This document shows, piece after piece, positions 12,743 to 26,363 of a stretch of 64,000 bases of DNA. Source of the stretch: Azolla caroliniana (taxonomy: Eukaryota; Plantae; Polypodiophyta); NCBI GenBank assembly GCA_043228905.1, contig JBHGNT010000018.1:16306001-16370000 (forward strand). The letters are read 5' to 3'. The translations under genes were made by a program, and so were the position numbers. A model generated the notes under the pieces. That model was not told the DNA's origin, did no database searches, and worked only from the letters and a program-made list of their open reading frames with translations. Position 1 is the first letter of the stretch; every line of letters begins with the position of its first letter.

Positions 12743-14715
12743 CCGGAATCCACCGAAATGGAGATAGAAGACGAAGATCGGTTGATGCGCATGTTCGAAG
12801 AAAGCCCCATTATGACACGGCTTAGTGGACCACGAGAGCCCCCGAGTGACCAAAGCACATTTCGTCCGAGTCCGAAACTCGAGAAAGGGAAGGCCAAGAT
12901 GACCGAATACGAAGATCCAATCGACAATGTGTCAACTCACTCCCTTGACAGTGAGTTTGAAGGCCTGGACATCCCGATCTTCCAGATGAATGGAGTGAAG
13001 AAAGCATTCATCTCCACGAACGAGAAGCTACGTCGGTCCACCTGTGAAAAAAACCATCTAAACCGATTCGGCTACAATGAGTACATGGCGTACCATTACG
13101 CCTTTATGATGAAGGTAGCGACTGCACGGGAACCGGAAACGCTTTCCAAAGACGTGAAGGACCCGCGATGGGTCGACGCGATGAGGAAAGAAATGCAGGC
13201 ATGGGATCTTGTTCCCCATTCACCTCACAGGAAAGCGATTGGTTGCAAATGGATCTATAAGGTCAAATACAATGTCAATGGCACTGTAAATTGCTTGAAA
13301 GCACGACCTGTCGCCAAAGGATATGCACAAACGCACGGAGTCGATTACGAGGAGACCTTTGCCCCAGTGGCAAAGATGACGATTGTGCGGACTATAATTG
13401 CACTCACAACTGCGAAAGGGTGGCATCTCCACCAGATGTACGTAAAGAACGCCTTCCTACAAGGCAAATTAGAAGGGGAGGTGTACATGATACAACCACC
13501 TGGCTTCGAATTGCGTACTCAGCCGAAAGTCGTGTGTCGATTCATGAAGCCAATCTACGGCCTCAAGCAAGCACTGCATGCTTGGCATTCGAAGATCACT
13601 CAATATCTTCACCAAATCGTCTTTCGAATGTCGAAATCGGACAACTCCCTGTACATCCGAAACAAACTGCACAACCCGATTGTCATTATCCTTTACGTGG
13701 ATGATCTAGTAATCAGAGGAAAGGATGTGGCTAGGATCATTAAGGTCAAATCCCTCCTATGCGATAGATTCGAAATGAAAGACATGCACGAGCTCCATTA
13801 CTTTCTTGGCATTGAAGTAATTCGAACACCAGTCGGGATATTGATCTCTCAACTACACTACGTTCTCAACTTACTCTACAAGTTCGGAATGACCGAGTGC
13901 AAACCTGTGGCTACCCCTCTCGACCAAAATCTCAAGCTTGATGTCGATTCGTGCACAGCCGAGTGTGATTCGACTTAATATCGACAACTGATCGGCAACC
14001 TAATTTATCTAACCATCACACGACCCAATCTTAGCTATTCAATCGGCCTACTTACCCAATTCATGTAGAACCCATGAAATGATCATCTCGATTGCGCTAA
14101 GAGGATACTTCGGTATGTCACTACGACGATGGATTATGGCAACATGTATAAGTCGGATACACTTATTCGACTCAAAGGGTACACAGACGCAGACTAGGTC
14201 GGTTATAAGGCCGATAGACGTTCCAGTTCTGGATTCATCTTCTCACTCGACAGCGGAGCGATCTCCTTGAGCAGCAAGAAACAGCTGATAGTCGCACTGT
14301 CGAGCACGAAGGCCAAATACAGGGGCACGGCAGTCACCGCATGCAAAGCTGTCTGGCTCAAACGCATCTTGAAGGACCTGAGCGTTCCCATTATGGATCC
14401 AATTCGCCTCTTCTGTGACAACATGAGCAGCATCTACCTGGCTCGGAACCCCGTATTCCACGCGCAGACTAAACACATTGAAGTGCACTACCACTTCATT
14501 CGTGATCATGTTCAGGTCGGCAAAATTGATCTCCAACACATCAGTACGAACCTTCAAGTTGCTGACATCTTTACGAAGGCCTTGGGAGTCGACAAGCTTG
14601 GGCAATTCACATCGGACCTCGGTCTCACAGTCTCTACATTGTAGAGCTTGAGGGGGAGTACAACAACTAACACGGAAGTGCCAATCAGTTGATCGAAGCC
14701 GACCAGACTAGTCGA

Positions 14716-16752
14716 AGTTGGCCTCTTACTGTGTGTAGATGACATAGTCTTGCTCTCAAAGTCTGAACATGACCTACAAAAGCACCTTAATGCCTTAGAT
14801 GACTTTTGCACGCAAAGAGGATTGGTAGTTAATCTGGGGAAAACTAAAGTCCTTATCTTTCACACATCTACTCGAGCTAGGACTAAATGTCACCTAACCC
14901 TCTCTCATAGACCAGTTGAGGTAGTTGGATCATATGTATATCTTGGAGTCACTTCTAGTGCTTTCTCAGGTAAATTTTCGATGACATAGGCACCCAAAGA
15001 TAGGCTAACGAGAGGATATGCATCCCTCTCACTCTTAGAGAGGCAATGTCACCAGGCATACTTTCAAGAGACACAGACTAAGGGATTCGACCTATTAGTG
15101 ACCCCTTCCCTTATGTATGCATCAGTAGTTTGGGCTCCATGTCTACCATCTTTCATGTGGATGCAATCAAGGAGACCATTGGTGACAATGTTATCACGTC
15201 AACTCTGAAGCAAATCAATAGTTGCACATGATATTATTAGACCAAAGTTCTCTTTGCCCCCAATGTTAGTAGAGTTTTTATTCATAGGATACATAGCCGA
15301 TCACAAGATAGGATATCTCATCAAGCTTTTGAGGCATCTCCATCCTCCTATGAGTCCGGAGATACTAGCTCTTGGTATATCATTGTAGTGACTTGGCTGC
15401 TTGCAAACAACCTAGACATTAATAACCTACCTCCCCTTAAGTACAACCACGAGACTGATAAAACTTTAATCTCTCATGGGAACCATAATAAAGTAATACG
15501 CCAAGAAATATGGAAAATTTACATTCGATATAAATGGATCACCCCACGAAAGCCACTCTCATCTAAAATGTTGTATTATAAGAAACACTTGATGCACTTC
15601 TCTAAGTTAGGTTTTTAAATTACACAACCGAGATATCTAGATACATTCTTATCAAATGCACTAAGGTTTGCCATTGGACAACTTAGGATATCATCTCACC
15701 AACTTGAGATTGAGAATGGTCATACTAATAGAGTCTCTAGAGAGGAAAGGATATGTAGATTATGTCACATAGAGATAGAGGATGAGTATCACTTTACATG
15801 CAAGTGTCCAACTTACGCCGAGGTAAGGGCAAAATACCAAGACACTCTCCCACCCTCTCCAAACTATTAGATACCTTGGATATAAAGAAACTAGGTAGGT
15901 ATATCTTAGAGCTAAAACAACATAGAGAGAATAAGCTACAAAATGTTAACCATAACCACTCTAATATTCACCAACATGTAACTAATGAAACTTTTCAAGA
16001 ACAAGGGGAGACGATGAATGTGACACACCTACACCAGTCGACCTGTCCCTTGCTGAGGCAGAAAAGCAAAGAACAACCAAACGCCCTCGGATGTCGGGCT
16101 TCAAAGCAACTCGACGTGAAGTGGAAACAATTAAGAAGATAAGGGAATGTGAGTCACGCCGCCTAGAAGCTATGGTTGGGGTACCTTTTACATTGGGACC
16201 ACGGGCCACATCCACATCGAAACCCTTTGACCTCCCGCTTCTTTCCGAGGTTCTTGGATGGAAAGGAACCTAGGCCGCGTACACTCAATGACTACTCCGT
16301 TGCCTCCCTTACGAGTAATAAAATCAGTGGTCTCATCACTGTAGATCCCAAAAAGAGTCTATGATAGGGTGCAACCTTGTTTTACATCAATGGTGCCAGT
16401 GAAGCAATAAGATAATCCACCTAGGCATCTTACACACCCGGACACTTGCTCATATAAAGCATAGATGACCCAAATCATGTCATTTGGTATCTCCAAGCTT
16501 TTAAGCCTATCAAAAAACCGCTCCCTAGGGACTGTGTCAAAGGCTTTGCGGAAGTCCACAAAACAACTGTAATATAGTTTCTTCTTGCGAGCATTCGTCT
16601 GGTCAATTAAGCATCTAAGTGTGAAGATACGGTCAATAGTGGAGAACCTTCTTGGGTGCTCGAAGGTTTCCATATAATCGTCGTTGAACTTTGCTTCCAT
16701 TACTGCACCATATAATTTAGCGAGTGTATGACCTATCGTAATGGTCCTAATG
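14716..16752. mobile_element. RTE-like LINE remnant in two oppositely oriented pieces
   Basis: - strand 16752-16275: FVDFRKAFD, VKQGCTLS (RT N-half); + strand 14716 to about 16270: LLLCVDDIVLL, YVYLGV, LRISSHQLEIE...CRLC...EDEYH. Confidence 0.85.
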
Positions 16753-17139
16753 GCACGAAGCCGAAAAGCCGAACAATCTAGTTCGAGGATTACAAACGCT
16801 GAAGCCGGACTCCGAAGACCGAACTGAAACAACTTTTCGACAGATTGAAGTTGTGTTCAAAGGGGCGTGTTGGGAGTCGAACTCAACTTCCCATAGAGAT
16901 AGGTTTCACACTAGCTCATGGACATATCAGGCTAGTTTTGTAAATAGTTGAAAGGGCACTTGCCCTAGCCTAGTTGGTACTTAAACCAACCTTTTTGTAA
17001 CTTAGTTACTGTTGGATGTAATACACAGTTTCTTGTTATAGTTTTCTCATTCTCTCTCTTGTCTCAGGTGCACATACACACACACACACACATAGTCCTT
17101 CCGTTGTACAGAATCACTCTTGATTCGTTACACTATAGA

Positions 17140-17697
17140 ACATGCTCGTTGTTCCAATTAGGGTGATGGCTAGATTTGGTAAGAAATGGCTAATGGATCC
17201 ACAACCGTTAGTAGCTCATTTGTGGGATATGCTCTTGTTATATCCACGACAACCAGTTGGTAGGCTAATGTGGACCTAGGGGGATGGTCTGGACCAATCC
17301 CACGAGTACATGCAACCCATGTATGGAAAACATTATCAATGGTCACATTATGGATCTTATGGAAGTATCGTTGTAAAAGACGATATGAATTCATAACTCT
17401 TCTCCTCTCAGATATATTGTCGGAACTATGGGAGACCTTTTTGGCTATAGTGCGTGGGCAATGTGGCAATATGCAAGGCTTTTCGGATGTTGTTCTTAAG
17501 AAACAGAAAATTTTACTATAGTTATGGAGAAAGTTGCCTCTATTCATAGTCTCCTCTCAAGGACTGATTTGGAAAAACCATCACCCCTAGTCCTGGCCTT
17601 GACCATCTCTTTTATGCATAGCATTTTCTAATTTTACATGTTGTAACCTTTCGATGCTTTTCTTAATACTAATGAAGGGAATCTTTGGGAAAAAAAA
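17140..17697 (+). mobile_element. L1-clade LINE 3' remnant
   Basis: ORF2 C-terminal-like WKTLSMVTLWILWKYRC followed by a short A tail at 17689-17697. Confidence 0.6.
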
Positions 17698-17740
17698 GAA
17701 TAGACAATTGACATAAATACTTTTTCAACGAAGGGATAAT

Positions 17741-17810
17741 ATAGATAGATAGATAGATTCTATTATCGTCTTTAGAGGTCAAATATGACTTATGAGACCA
17801 AAAATATTAC
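17741..17810 (-). mobile_element. Short RTE-family 3' end with (TCTA)n tail
   Basis: Reverse complement resembles the LINE 3' ends at 22381-22440 and 41581-41640. Confidence 0.5.
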
Positions 17811-19039
17811 ATCTCACATGATATATGTGAAAGTGAGTAGTGACTCTTGATGTTCAAGAACTTTACCAATGAATGTTACAAACGATAGTGCACATTGTGG
17901 TTGTGAGAGAAATTCGTGTGAGGGTTTGGCTTGGTCGAAGATGTGTAGAAAGCATGGTCGAATATGATCAAAGGCAGAGCATTGTATCTATAAAAGTTTA
18001 TCTGCAAAAGCTTGTACACACTAGACATAGTCGGCTCAACCGAACATCAATACACAATTAGGTATACATAGAGAATGAAGTGTGAGAGAGATATAGAGTC
18101 AACAGACAACAAAATTAATTCCAAAAAATAACACTCTATAGTAATATGAATGCATTGATCAGGGCAAAAATTTGACGAGTGTCATGCCCATCAAAGGCCA
18201 TTTTGCTCGTAAAAACATACACCTAATAAAAATGTTTGTTAAGTGACATATAAAGTATAAAATTTTCCTTGTTATATGAAAGGCCCCTAAAAATTATACA
18301 TGTCAAATGACATGCTAAAATTATATTTTCCATGTCATATATTATATATATGTGTGTGTGTGTGTGTCACGTATTGTCCTAAATATATATATATATATAT
18401 GTATGTATGTATGTACTATGTACTATGTACTATGAAGTGTGTAACATACTAATATATATGATAATATTAAATATATTATATGTTTTTTATAACACGCTTA
18501 AAATAATATCATATAACTTGCAAAGATAAATAATGATATAAATTCTCAAATCAATTTAAATTTTAAACAATAACATTGGTCCTTTATTAAATACTTTAAG
18601 ATATTAGAGTGGAGACTCTAGGTTTGATTTTAAGTTTTTAGTTAAAGTTAAAAATTTTACTAACCATCTTTTTTATACTTATTATTATGCTTTAATAAAA
18701 ATTTAAGGTTAGTAATAACCTATTAGTATAGAAAAAAAGGTGAGTACTTACTACTAGGTAGCAAGTTATTGTTCCACTTAAAAAATATTGATTTTATATG
18801 TAGTTGTTCTACAACAACAATAGAACAAGACATCCTTCAAGCTTCAACATTTTGGACCAACATTTTAAATATGTAAGTTACCATCTATCATATTATGTAA
18901 TATTATACAATATAGTTTTTGTATTACCTAAGCAAGAACTTGATTGTCTGTATTATATTGAAATGAAATACTTTCAGTACATTTTTAGATGTCTATTATT
19001 TGAATATTTTTAGGGGGGAAACAAAGAACAAAGTACACC

Positions 19040-19833
19040 AACATTCTATCAAGAGTATGTTTTGCAAGGGAGCACATGTTAATGATGCTCCAAAAAATGA
19101 ACAAGAGGTGTTACAAATGCAAATGGGTTGAGATATTCTTCTAATAAACAAAAAATAAAGTGGAGAAATCAATGGACTTTGCTTCACCCATGGGCATATG
19201 TGACAAAGTCTTTATTAGGTGATGATAAAATCAAATGCATGTGGTATGAAGATGCAAGAAAGATCAATGTTTTTATGATGGTGGATCTCAAAACATGCAA
19301 ATGTCTTCATTGAATGAACATGCAAAGTCATTCGATCATGTAATAGCAAGTGCCATGTATAATGCAAATGTGAAAGGCCCAATGGATGAAAAAATTTCAG
19401 AAATCATGCATTCAGAATATGAGAGGATAGTTTTATGTATGAAGTTAGTTCATTTTTATGCTTGCAACAATATTCTGTTAGAGAAATATGCAAAACAATG
19501 TAAATTACAAACAAATTTTGGTACTCCAAATACCTTTGCCTCAAATGAATATGGTGCTTATGCTAATGCTATTTCTACAAGAGAATTCTTAATGGTCATT
19601 AAGAACCACACAAGGAAACACTTGTATGATGAAATTTGTGGAAGCCCATTTTTCTCTATCTTGATTGATGAAAGCATTGATCGTACATTGGAAAAACACT
19701 TGATTATCTATGTCTTGTACTTAAGTGAAGGTGGCAAAGGAGAGCCACATTATAAATTTGTGCGACTTCTTCTAGTAGAAAACGTGAGAGTTGAAGCTCT
19801 CTACAGTTCTATCAATGCATTCATATTGGAGTG
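19040..19833 (+). pseudogene. hAT-superfamily (ZNF862-like) transposase fragment
   Basis: SPFFSILIDESIDRTLEKHLIIYV motif and upstream W..LHPW zinc-finger-like region; cut by the copia LTR at 19834. Confidence 0.7.
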
Positions 19834-21598
19834 TGTTGAGCGGACAAGGTCAACTAGATCCGAATCGGTTAAATAAGTTGGAGCCGGATCAGTATCTGAA
19901 ACGGAGAGCCAGATCGGAGAGACGGATCGGATTGTAACCGGTAGGCCGTCAGAGGCTTACAATCTTAGCCTAGTACAAAGGCATATTCCTTGGAGTTAGT
20001 GTTAGTCGTTTGTATGAGCATTGAAGTACTTGTCAGTACTTCTGTCAGTCCTTTTAAGGACTTGTATAAAAAGTGTTCTATAGGACATTTGTATATACAT
20101 AGTGATATTTTGAAATTGAGTTTATGTTGTTCTGCTCTCTCTGTCTCTCCCGCATATTCTCTATGTGACTAAGCTTTCCATTAAACCTGTGTATATTTTC
20201 TGTTAACATCCGGTGAAGTTGGTTAGGTCTTCAAGCTTCTGCAAGTAATTCTTTACATGGTATAAGAGCGTGAGGGTTGAGAAACTCAGCTACCGACAAG
20301 TGATTTTCATTGACAAACCTTAACTTCCGAAAATAAAAAAACAGGTAGAAGAAAGAATGAACAGAGGAATGGATAGCTCGTTACCGACAGAGAAGCTCAA
20401 CCGAAATAACTACGCATCTTGGTCATACAAGATGCACTAATACGTACTACGACACGGATACTAGAGCTATGTCGAGGGAGCGAATGAAGTAGCATCGGAG
20501 CCGGCACACAAGGACTTCTCAGAATGGGAACAAGGAGCGAGCAAAGTGTTGTACTACCTCACGTCTTGTGTGCACGACCAGATGCTCGTCTACATCAAGG
20601 ATGCAAAAAAGAGGATTTTCATGGCAAGTGCGACGGCCCAGAAGCTGCAGCTCCGACAAGAGCTCAACAACATCCGGCAAAGGGATATGTCAGTTACCGA
20701 CTAAACCACCAAGATAAAGGAGATATGTGACACGCTTGGTTCCATCAATGTGACGGTGGACAAAGACAAGATGGTCCAAATCTGCCTCGGTGGACTAGCA
20801 CAACGGTATGGGCCAATCCGGACGGCTATTTGCACCCGGGAGAAACCATCGTTCTTCTTCAACTTGCAATCGATGTTGATGGTCAATGAAAACCACGTGA
20901 GTGGGTTGAGGACCACTCAATCAGACAACCGGATGTTGTACACGGAGGCGGATCGGCCCCATGGGCATGGAGGACGAGGTGGGTCGACACGCAATAGCGG
21001 CGGCTGGCAAGAACAGAAACGAAGGCACAAAGAGAGTGTCGATAGCAGTTATGGACCCTCCACAAGTAGGGGGAGTCAAAGCGGTGCCGGAAACCGGCAA
21101 GGGAAGGCCGGCACAGAATGTTGGTATTGTGGCAAGAAAGGCCACCACGAGAGCGAGTGCTAGAAGAAGCGCGCCGATTCAGATAAATCTAGATCCGATA
21201 AGGCAGGACAAGGGAACTAGCAAAGCTCGCACTACATTGATGGATCGGAAAGATCCGAAACTAGAACGACAAGAAAAGGGTCAGCCTTCATGATGAAGTA
21301 CAATGTCATGATATGTCAAGACTCAAACCCATGACCTTATGTTACATGAGTCGAGCTCTTGACCATTAGACTATATGTTGTAATACAAAGGATATTATTT
21401 TCATTTAGGTTTTACTATAGAAAATTGATGTATATTCCAAATTTCTTTGGAACATTCTAGAAACTTTAGGAGTACTCCTAAGAACACTATAAAAGGAGGC
21501 ACAAAGCATTATTTCGAACCAAATCGGTTCAACGCCAGTCTTAAGCCTCCTAGCTACTATTGTATATTCCCTTAACATAATATATATCTTTTGTTATC

Positions 21599-21604
<6 letters not shown>

Positions 21605-21657
<53 letters not shown>
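21605..21657. repeat. (TC)n microsatellite
   Basis: Directly visible. Confidence 0.95.
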
Positions 21658-21660
<3 letters not shown>

Positions 21661-21661
<1 letters not shown>

Positions 21662-22440
21662 GAGTATATAAATACATTACAAAAGTCAAGAATATGCCGA
21701 ATCATCGATTACCACATCTTTCTTGGAATGTTGGATGTAAGCTACAAAAGAATCATAAAAGTAAGATTCTCTCATCTGGTTGGGTTGTTGAAATAAAGAA
21801 ATGATTTAGAAGATGGGGTGTGGATGATCTTTTAGAGCTTTCAGGCAATGCTATGCAATATGTAATGATTGAGGAAAGGTTGGTGGAATCATTAAGGATG
21901 AAGTGGGAGGATGCTAAGAGGACAAAGCTAGAATACTACATTGCAAATGTCAACCCTGAATGTTGGTCTCAATATAAAGCAAGAATGTTTATTGATCATA
22001 TCCAACCTTATCTCATTACCAATATGAGTAGCAATGCTCGTAGAGCCCTTACACTACTTCGCACTCGATCTCACAAGTTAGGTATTGAAGTTGCATCATG
22101 GTATCAAAATGTAATGAAGTTGAAGACATGTAAAGTATGCAATGAAGGCATGGTAGAGGATGAATGTCACTTGCTCTTCACATGCTTGACATATAGTGGG
22201 CAATTCATTCAAGATATGTTGACATACTAAGAGGGAGTGATAACTTAAGATCCATACTTAAGACACCACCTAGAAGGCCGAGCTCATATGTGTATGCTTT
22301 ATTAACACATAGAGACTTTGTGCTTCAACATATGAATACCCCTTCTTAGGAAGGAGACATATATCAAGAACACATGTATACTCTGGTCCCATAGGTCAAA
22401 ATTGGCCTCTTTATGGACGATAAAAAAATTCTAATTCTCT
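21661..22440 (+). mobile_element. 5'-truncated RTE LINE
   Basis: LRTRSHKLGIE...CKVC...EDECHLLFTC; closely similar to the reverse complement of 41581-42300. Confidence 0.88.
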
Positions 22441-23748
22441 CACTCACTCTTTCCTTCTCTCAAGAGTTCTACACCTCCCTTAGTACTAATCCTCATCTTT
22501 TAGTACTAATTCATTCTCTGTCTTAATACTGCTCCTGACACACAAGGAGAATTCGATGAAGAAGACCACTTCCGGATCGAAGGAAGTGTGGTATGTTGAT
22601 TCTAGAGCGTCTAACCACATGAAGAGCCACGAAGAGTGGTTCTCATTTCTGGAAAAGTCGAAGCAACCGGGAGTTGTCAAAACCGGAGATGACACTCCTC
22701 ACACGATTGAACATGTCAGAAAAGTTCCCCTTAGCCATGTCGAACAAAGAGGGAAGCTCATGAACGTGTTGCACGTTCCGACAATTATGAAGAACCTGGT
22801 GTCATTCGGACAGATTGTTGACCAGGGGATGCAAGTGCGGTTTACGCACCTTGAGTGCTTCATCGAGGAAGAAGGCCAGATAATCGCGTAGGGGCGCTAG
22901 GACGGGAGGATGTTTATCCTCGACACCAATGGCGTTGGCACCGCTCTATTCGCCAAAGGACAAAAAGTCGAGTCAGACATCGACTTATGGCTCAAGCAAA
23001 TAGGCCACATCAACTACCAAAGGCTTCAAGATCTGCAATCGAAATATGTTGTTTTCAAATTGCCGAAATTTAGTCCAGCTCGGGAAGCAACACGGCTTCT
23101 GTTCCCCACCGAAAGAAACCAAAGCCGTAACAAGCTCAACTTAATCCATTCGGATGTTTGGGGACCAACACAGAATGTTAGTCTTGGCAGGAGGTGATAT
23201 TTCGTCTCCTTCATCGACAACAACAACCGATATACATGGATCTACCTTATCGAAAGGAAGAGTGAAGTTTTCGACTGTTTTCGGAACCTGCAAAGTCTTG
23301 TCGAACGTGAAATGGAGAGGAAGATCAAGTTCTTGTAGTCGGATGGCGGAAAAGACTATTTTCCCGACCAATTCAACAGTTATCTGCAACAGAAAGGAAT
23401 TCAGAGCGAATTGAGTTGTTGATACATGCTGGAACAAAACGGCGTGGACAAAAGGAAGAACCGGTCGATGTGGAGGCGACACGGCCGATGTTGGAAGAGA
23501 AGAGCATGCCCAAGTTCTATTGGGCCGAAGTGGTATGAACGACTATCTACATCCAAAACCGGATCAAGGATAAGGTGTTAGCACAGAGCTATATTTCGGG
23601 CAAAAGCCAAATTTAAGGCACCTTAAGATATTCAGTAGCATAGCCTATGTGCATGTACCGGATGAGAAGCAGAGAAAGTTGGATCCGAAGTCGGAGAAAT
23701 GAATACTAGTCGGCTACTCCCATGAGCAGAAGGGGTATAAGTGTTACA

Positions 23749-26363
23749 GCTTCGTGCTGATACCTTCTCCCTGATCCGGTTTTGGATGTAGACGACCGTC
23801 CTCATCGCCTCAACCCAATAGAATTTGGGCATGCTTTTCTCCTCAAGCATTGCCCTTGCCGCGTCGACAATCGACCGGTTCTTCCTCTCAGCCACACCGT
23901 TTTGTTCCGGTGTGTACCTACAGCTAAATTCTCTTCGAATTCCTTTCTGTTGCAGATGACTGTTGAATTGGCCGGAAAAGTATTCTTTTACGCCATCCAA
24001 CCGTAGGCACTTGATCTTCCTATCCATTTCCCATTCGACTAAACTTTGCAAGTTTCGGAAACAATCAAAAACTTCACTTTTCATCTCGATGAGGAGATCC
24101 ACGTATGCCGGTTGTAGCCATCGATGAAGGAGACGAAATATTGGCTCCCACCAAGACTAATGTTCTGTGATGGTCCCCATACATCCGAATGTATTAGATC
24201 GATCTTGTTACAGCTCTGGTTTCTTTTGGAGGGGAATGGAAGCCGGTGTGGCTTCCCAAGTTGGCAAGCTTCATAAATTTGGGTCTTCGGGCCACTAAAT
24301 TTCGGCAATCCGAAAACAACTTGTTTCGATTGCAGGTCCTGAAGCCTCCGGTAGTTGACATGGTCGATCCGCTTGTGCCAGAGATCAATGTCTGATTCGA
24401 TCTTATGTCCTTTTGCGAACATAGCGGTGCCAACGTCGTTGGTGTCGAGGATGAACATCCTCCCATCCCTGCGCCCTTGCGCGATTATCCAGCCTTCTTC
24501 CTCTATGAAGCACTTGAGGTGCGTGAACCGCACCTGCAGCCCCTGGTTAACGATCTGCCCGACCAACACTAGGTTCTTTGTGATTGTTGGAACATGTAAT
24601 ACGTTCATCAACTTTCCCTTTTGTCTGACATGGCTTAAAGGGGTTTCTTTGACATGCACAATCGGGTGAGGAGTGTCATCTCCGGTTTCAACAACTCCTG
24701 GTTGCTCCGGCTTTTCCAAAAACGAAAACCACTCTTCGTGGCTCACCATGTGGTTAGACGATCCAGAGTCAACATACCACACTTCCTTCAAACCGGAAGT
24801 GGTCTTCTTCATCAAATAAGCCTTGTGCTTCATCACAAAGGTTGGCCCTTGTCCGGTCTTTCCAGTTCCAAATCCTATTGATCCTTCTGCGTAGTGCGAG
24901 CTCTGCCGATTTCCCCGTCCAGCATTGCCAGATCCGGATTTTTCCGAATCGGTGCGCTTCTTCCAGCATTCGCTCTCTCTGTGGCCGAAACCCCGTCCAA
25001 CATTGCTAGATCCGGATTTGTCCGAATCAGCGCGCTTCTTCCAGCATTCGGTCTATCTATGGCACTTCTGGCCAAAATACCAACATTCCGTTGCGATCTT
25101 CTCCTGTCGGCTCCCGGCACCACCTTGACTCCCCCGCTTGTGGAGGGTCGCACCATCATTGTGCCTCCAGTTCTGCTCTTGTCGGCCACTTGCATTGCGT
25201 GCCGATCCACCTTGTCCTCCACACCCACAGGGCCGATCCACCTCCATGTATAGCATCCAACTGTCTAATTGAGTGGTCCTTGACCCACTCGCCTGGTTTT
25301 CTTTGACCATGAGCATCGATTGCAGGTCGAAGAAGAACAAGGGTTTCTCCCAGGTGAGGATAGCGATCCGGATGGGCCCGTACCTTTGAGCCAGACCACC
25401 AAGGTAGATTTGCATCATTTCGTCCTCGGCTATCGTGATGTCAATGGACCTTAATGCGTTGTAAATCTCCTTTATCTTCGCGGTGTAATCTGAAATTGAC
25501 ATATCCTTTTGTCGGATATTGTTCAGTTCTTGCCGAAGTTGTAGATTCCGGGCTGAGGTACTTGCGGTGAAAATCATTTTCAGATTTTCCCAGGCCTGTG
25601 TCGGCGTCTTAGCATCTCTAATGTAGTTGATCATCTAGTCTTACATGGAGGACACAAGGCAGTATAGAACTCTGCTTGCTCCTTGTTCCCATGCCGGGAA
25701 TTCCTTTTTGTGATGACTCTGGCGCTGTTTCATTCACACCCTCAACATAACTCCAGTATCCATGTCTGAGCAGATACTGGTGCATCTTGTACAACCAAGA
25801 TGCATAGTTGTGTCTGTCAAGCTTCTCTATCGGAAGCGAACTTGCCATACCTCTGTCCATCTTTCATTCTTTACCGGATGTTAGGGTTTGTCTTCAGTAA
25901 TCGCTCATCGGTTGCGGAGGTTCTCAACCCTTGCGCTCTAATACCACGTAAAAGTTAATACGCAGAAGCTTATGACAAACCGGTTCAGCCGGATAGCAAC
26001 ACAGAGAGTATAGGTTTAATGGAAACCTTACAAGACACAGAGAGAGCAAAATATTGTAAACTATATTCAAAAAATAATACTCTGTACATGGGACGTGCTC
26101 AGTGAATACTCTTTATACAAGTCCATAAGGGACTGACAAAAGTACTATGTACTTCAATGGTCATACGAGCGGTTGACACTAACTACGAGGACCATGACTA
26201 GCTAGTGGTCTAGAAGCATAGACCTCTAAACGGCCTACCGGTACACATGTGGGTCTGGCTCCCCGATCTTGATCTGGCTCCTGGTTCCGGACACCGGTCC
26301 GGATACGATCTGGCTCTGGCTTATCCAGTTGATCCGGATCCAATTGAGCTTGCTCGCTCAACA
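23749..26363 (-). mobile_element. Ty1/copia element C2 (same family as C), antisense insertion with its 3' half deleted
   Basis: 5' LTR 25947-26363; PBS 25935-25946; gag, protease WYVDSGSSNHM, integrase N-part. Confidence 0.9.

Larger units (their letters stand above)
7299..17132 (+). mobile_element. Ty1/copia element B, interrupted by a gypsy element (8712-12742) and a LINE (14716-16752)
   Basis: Protease WFVDSRASNHM (about 7410), integrase 7917-8700; frame resumes at 12747 into RT (12758-13978, YVDD) and RNase H to 14644; PPT then 3' LTR 16868-17132 (TGTTG...TACA). Confidence 0.88.
21304..22540 (+). mobile_element. Solo LTR related to the chromovirus LTRs at 55209/60465, containing a LINE insertion
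   Basis: TGTCATGATATG...TGACA; TSD TACAA/CACAA; removing it restores the copia frame MMKHKENSMKKTT. Confidence 0.85.

Noticed and set aside
17851-18111. Possible solo LTR (TGTT...CAACA with a TATA motif)
   Set aside because: No TSD and no second copy in the window
18160-18200. Possible hAT 5' TIR (CAGGGC...)
   Set aside because: No partner TIR or 8-bp TSD found
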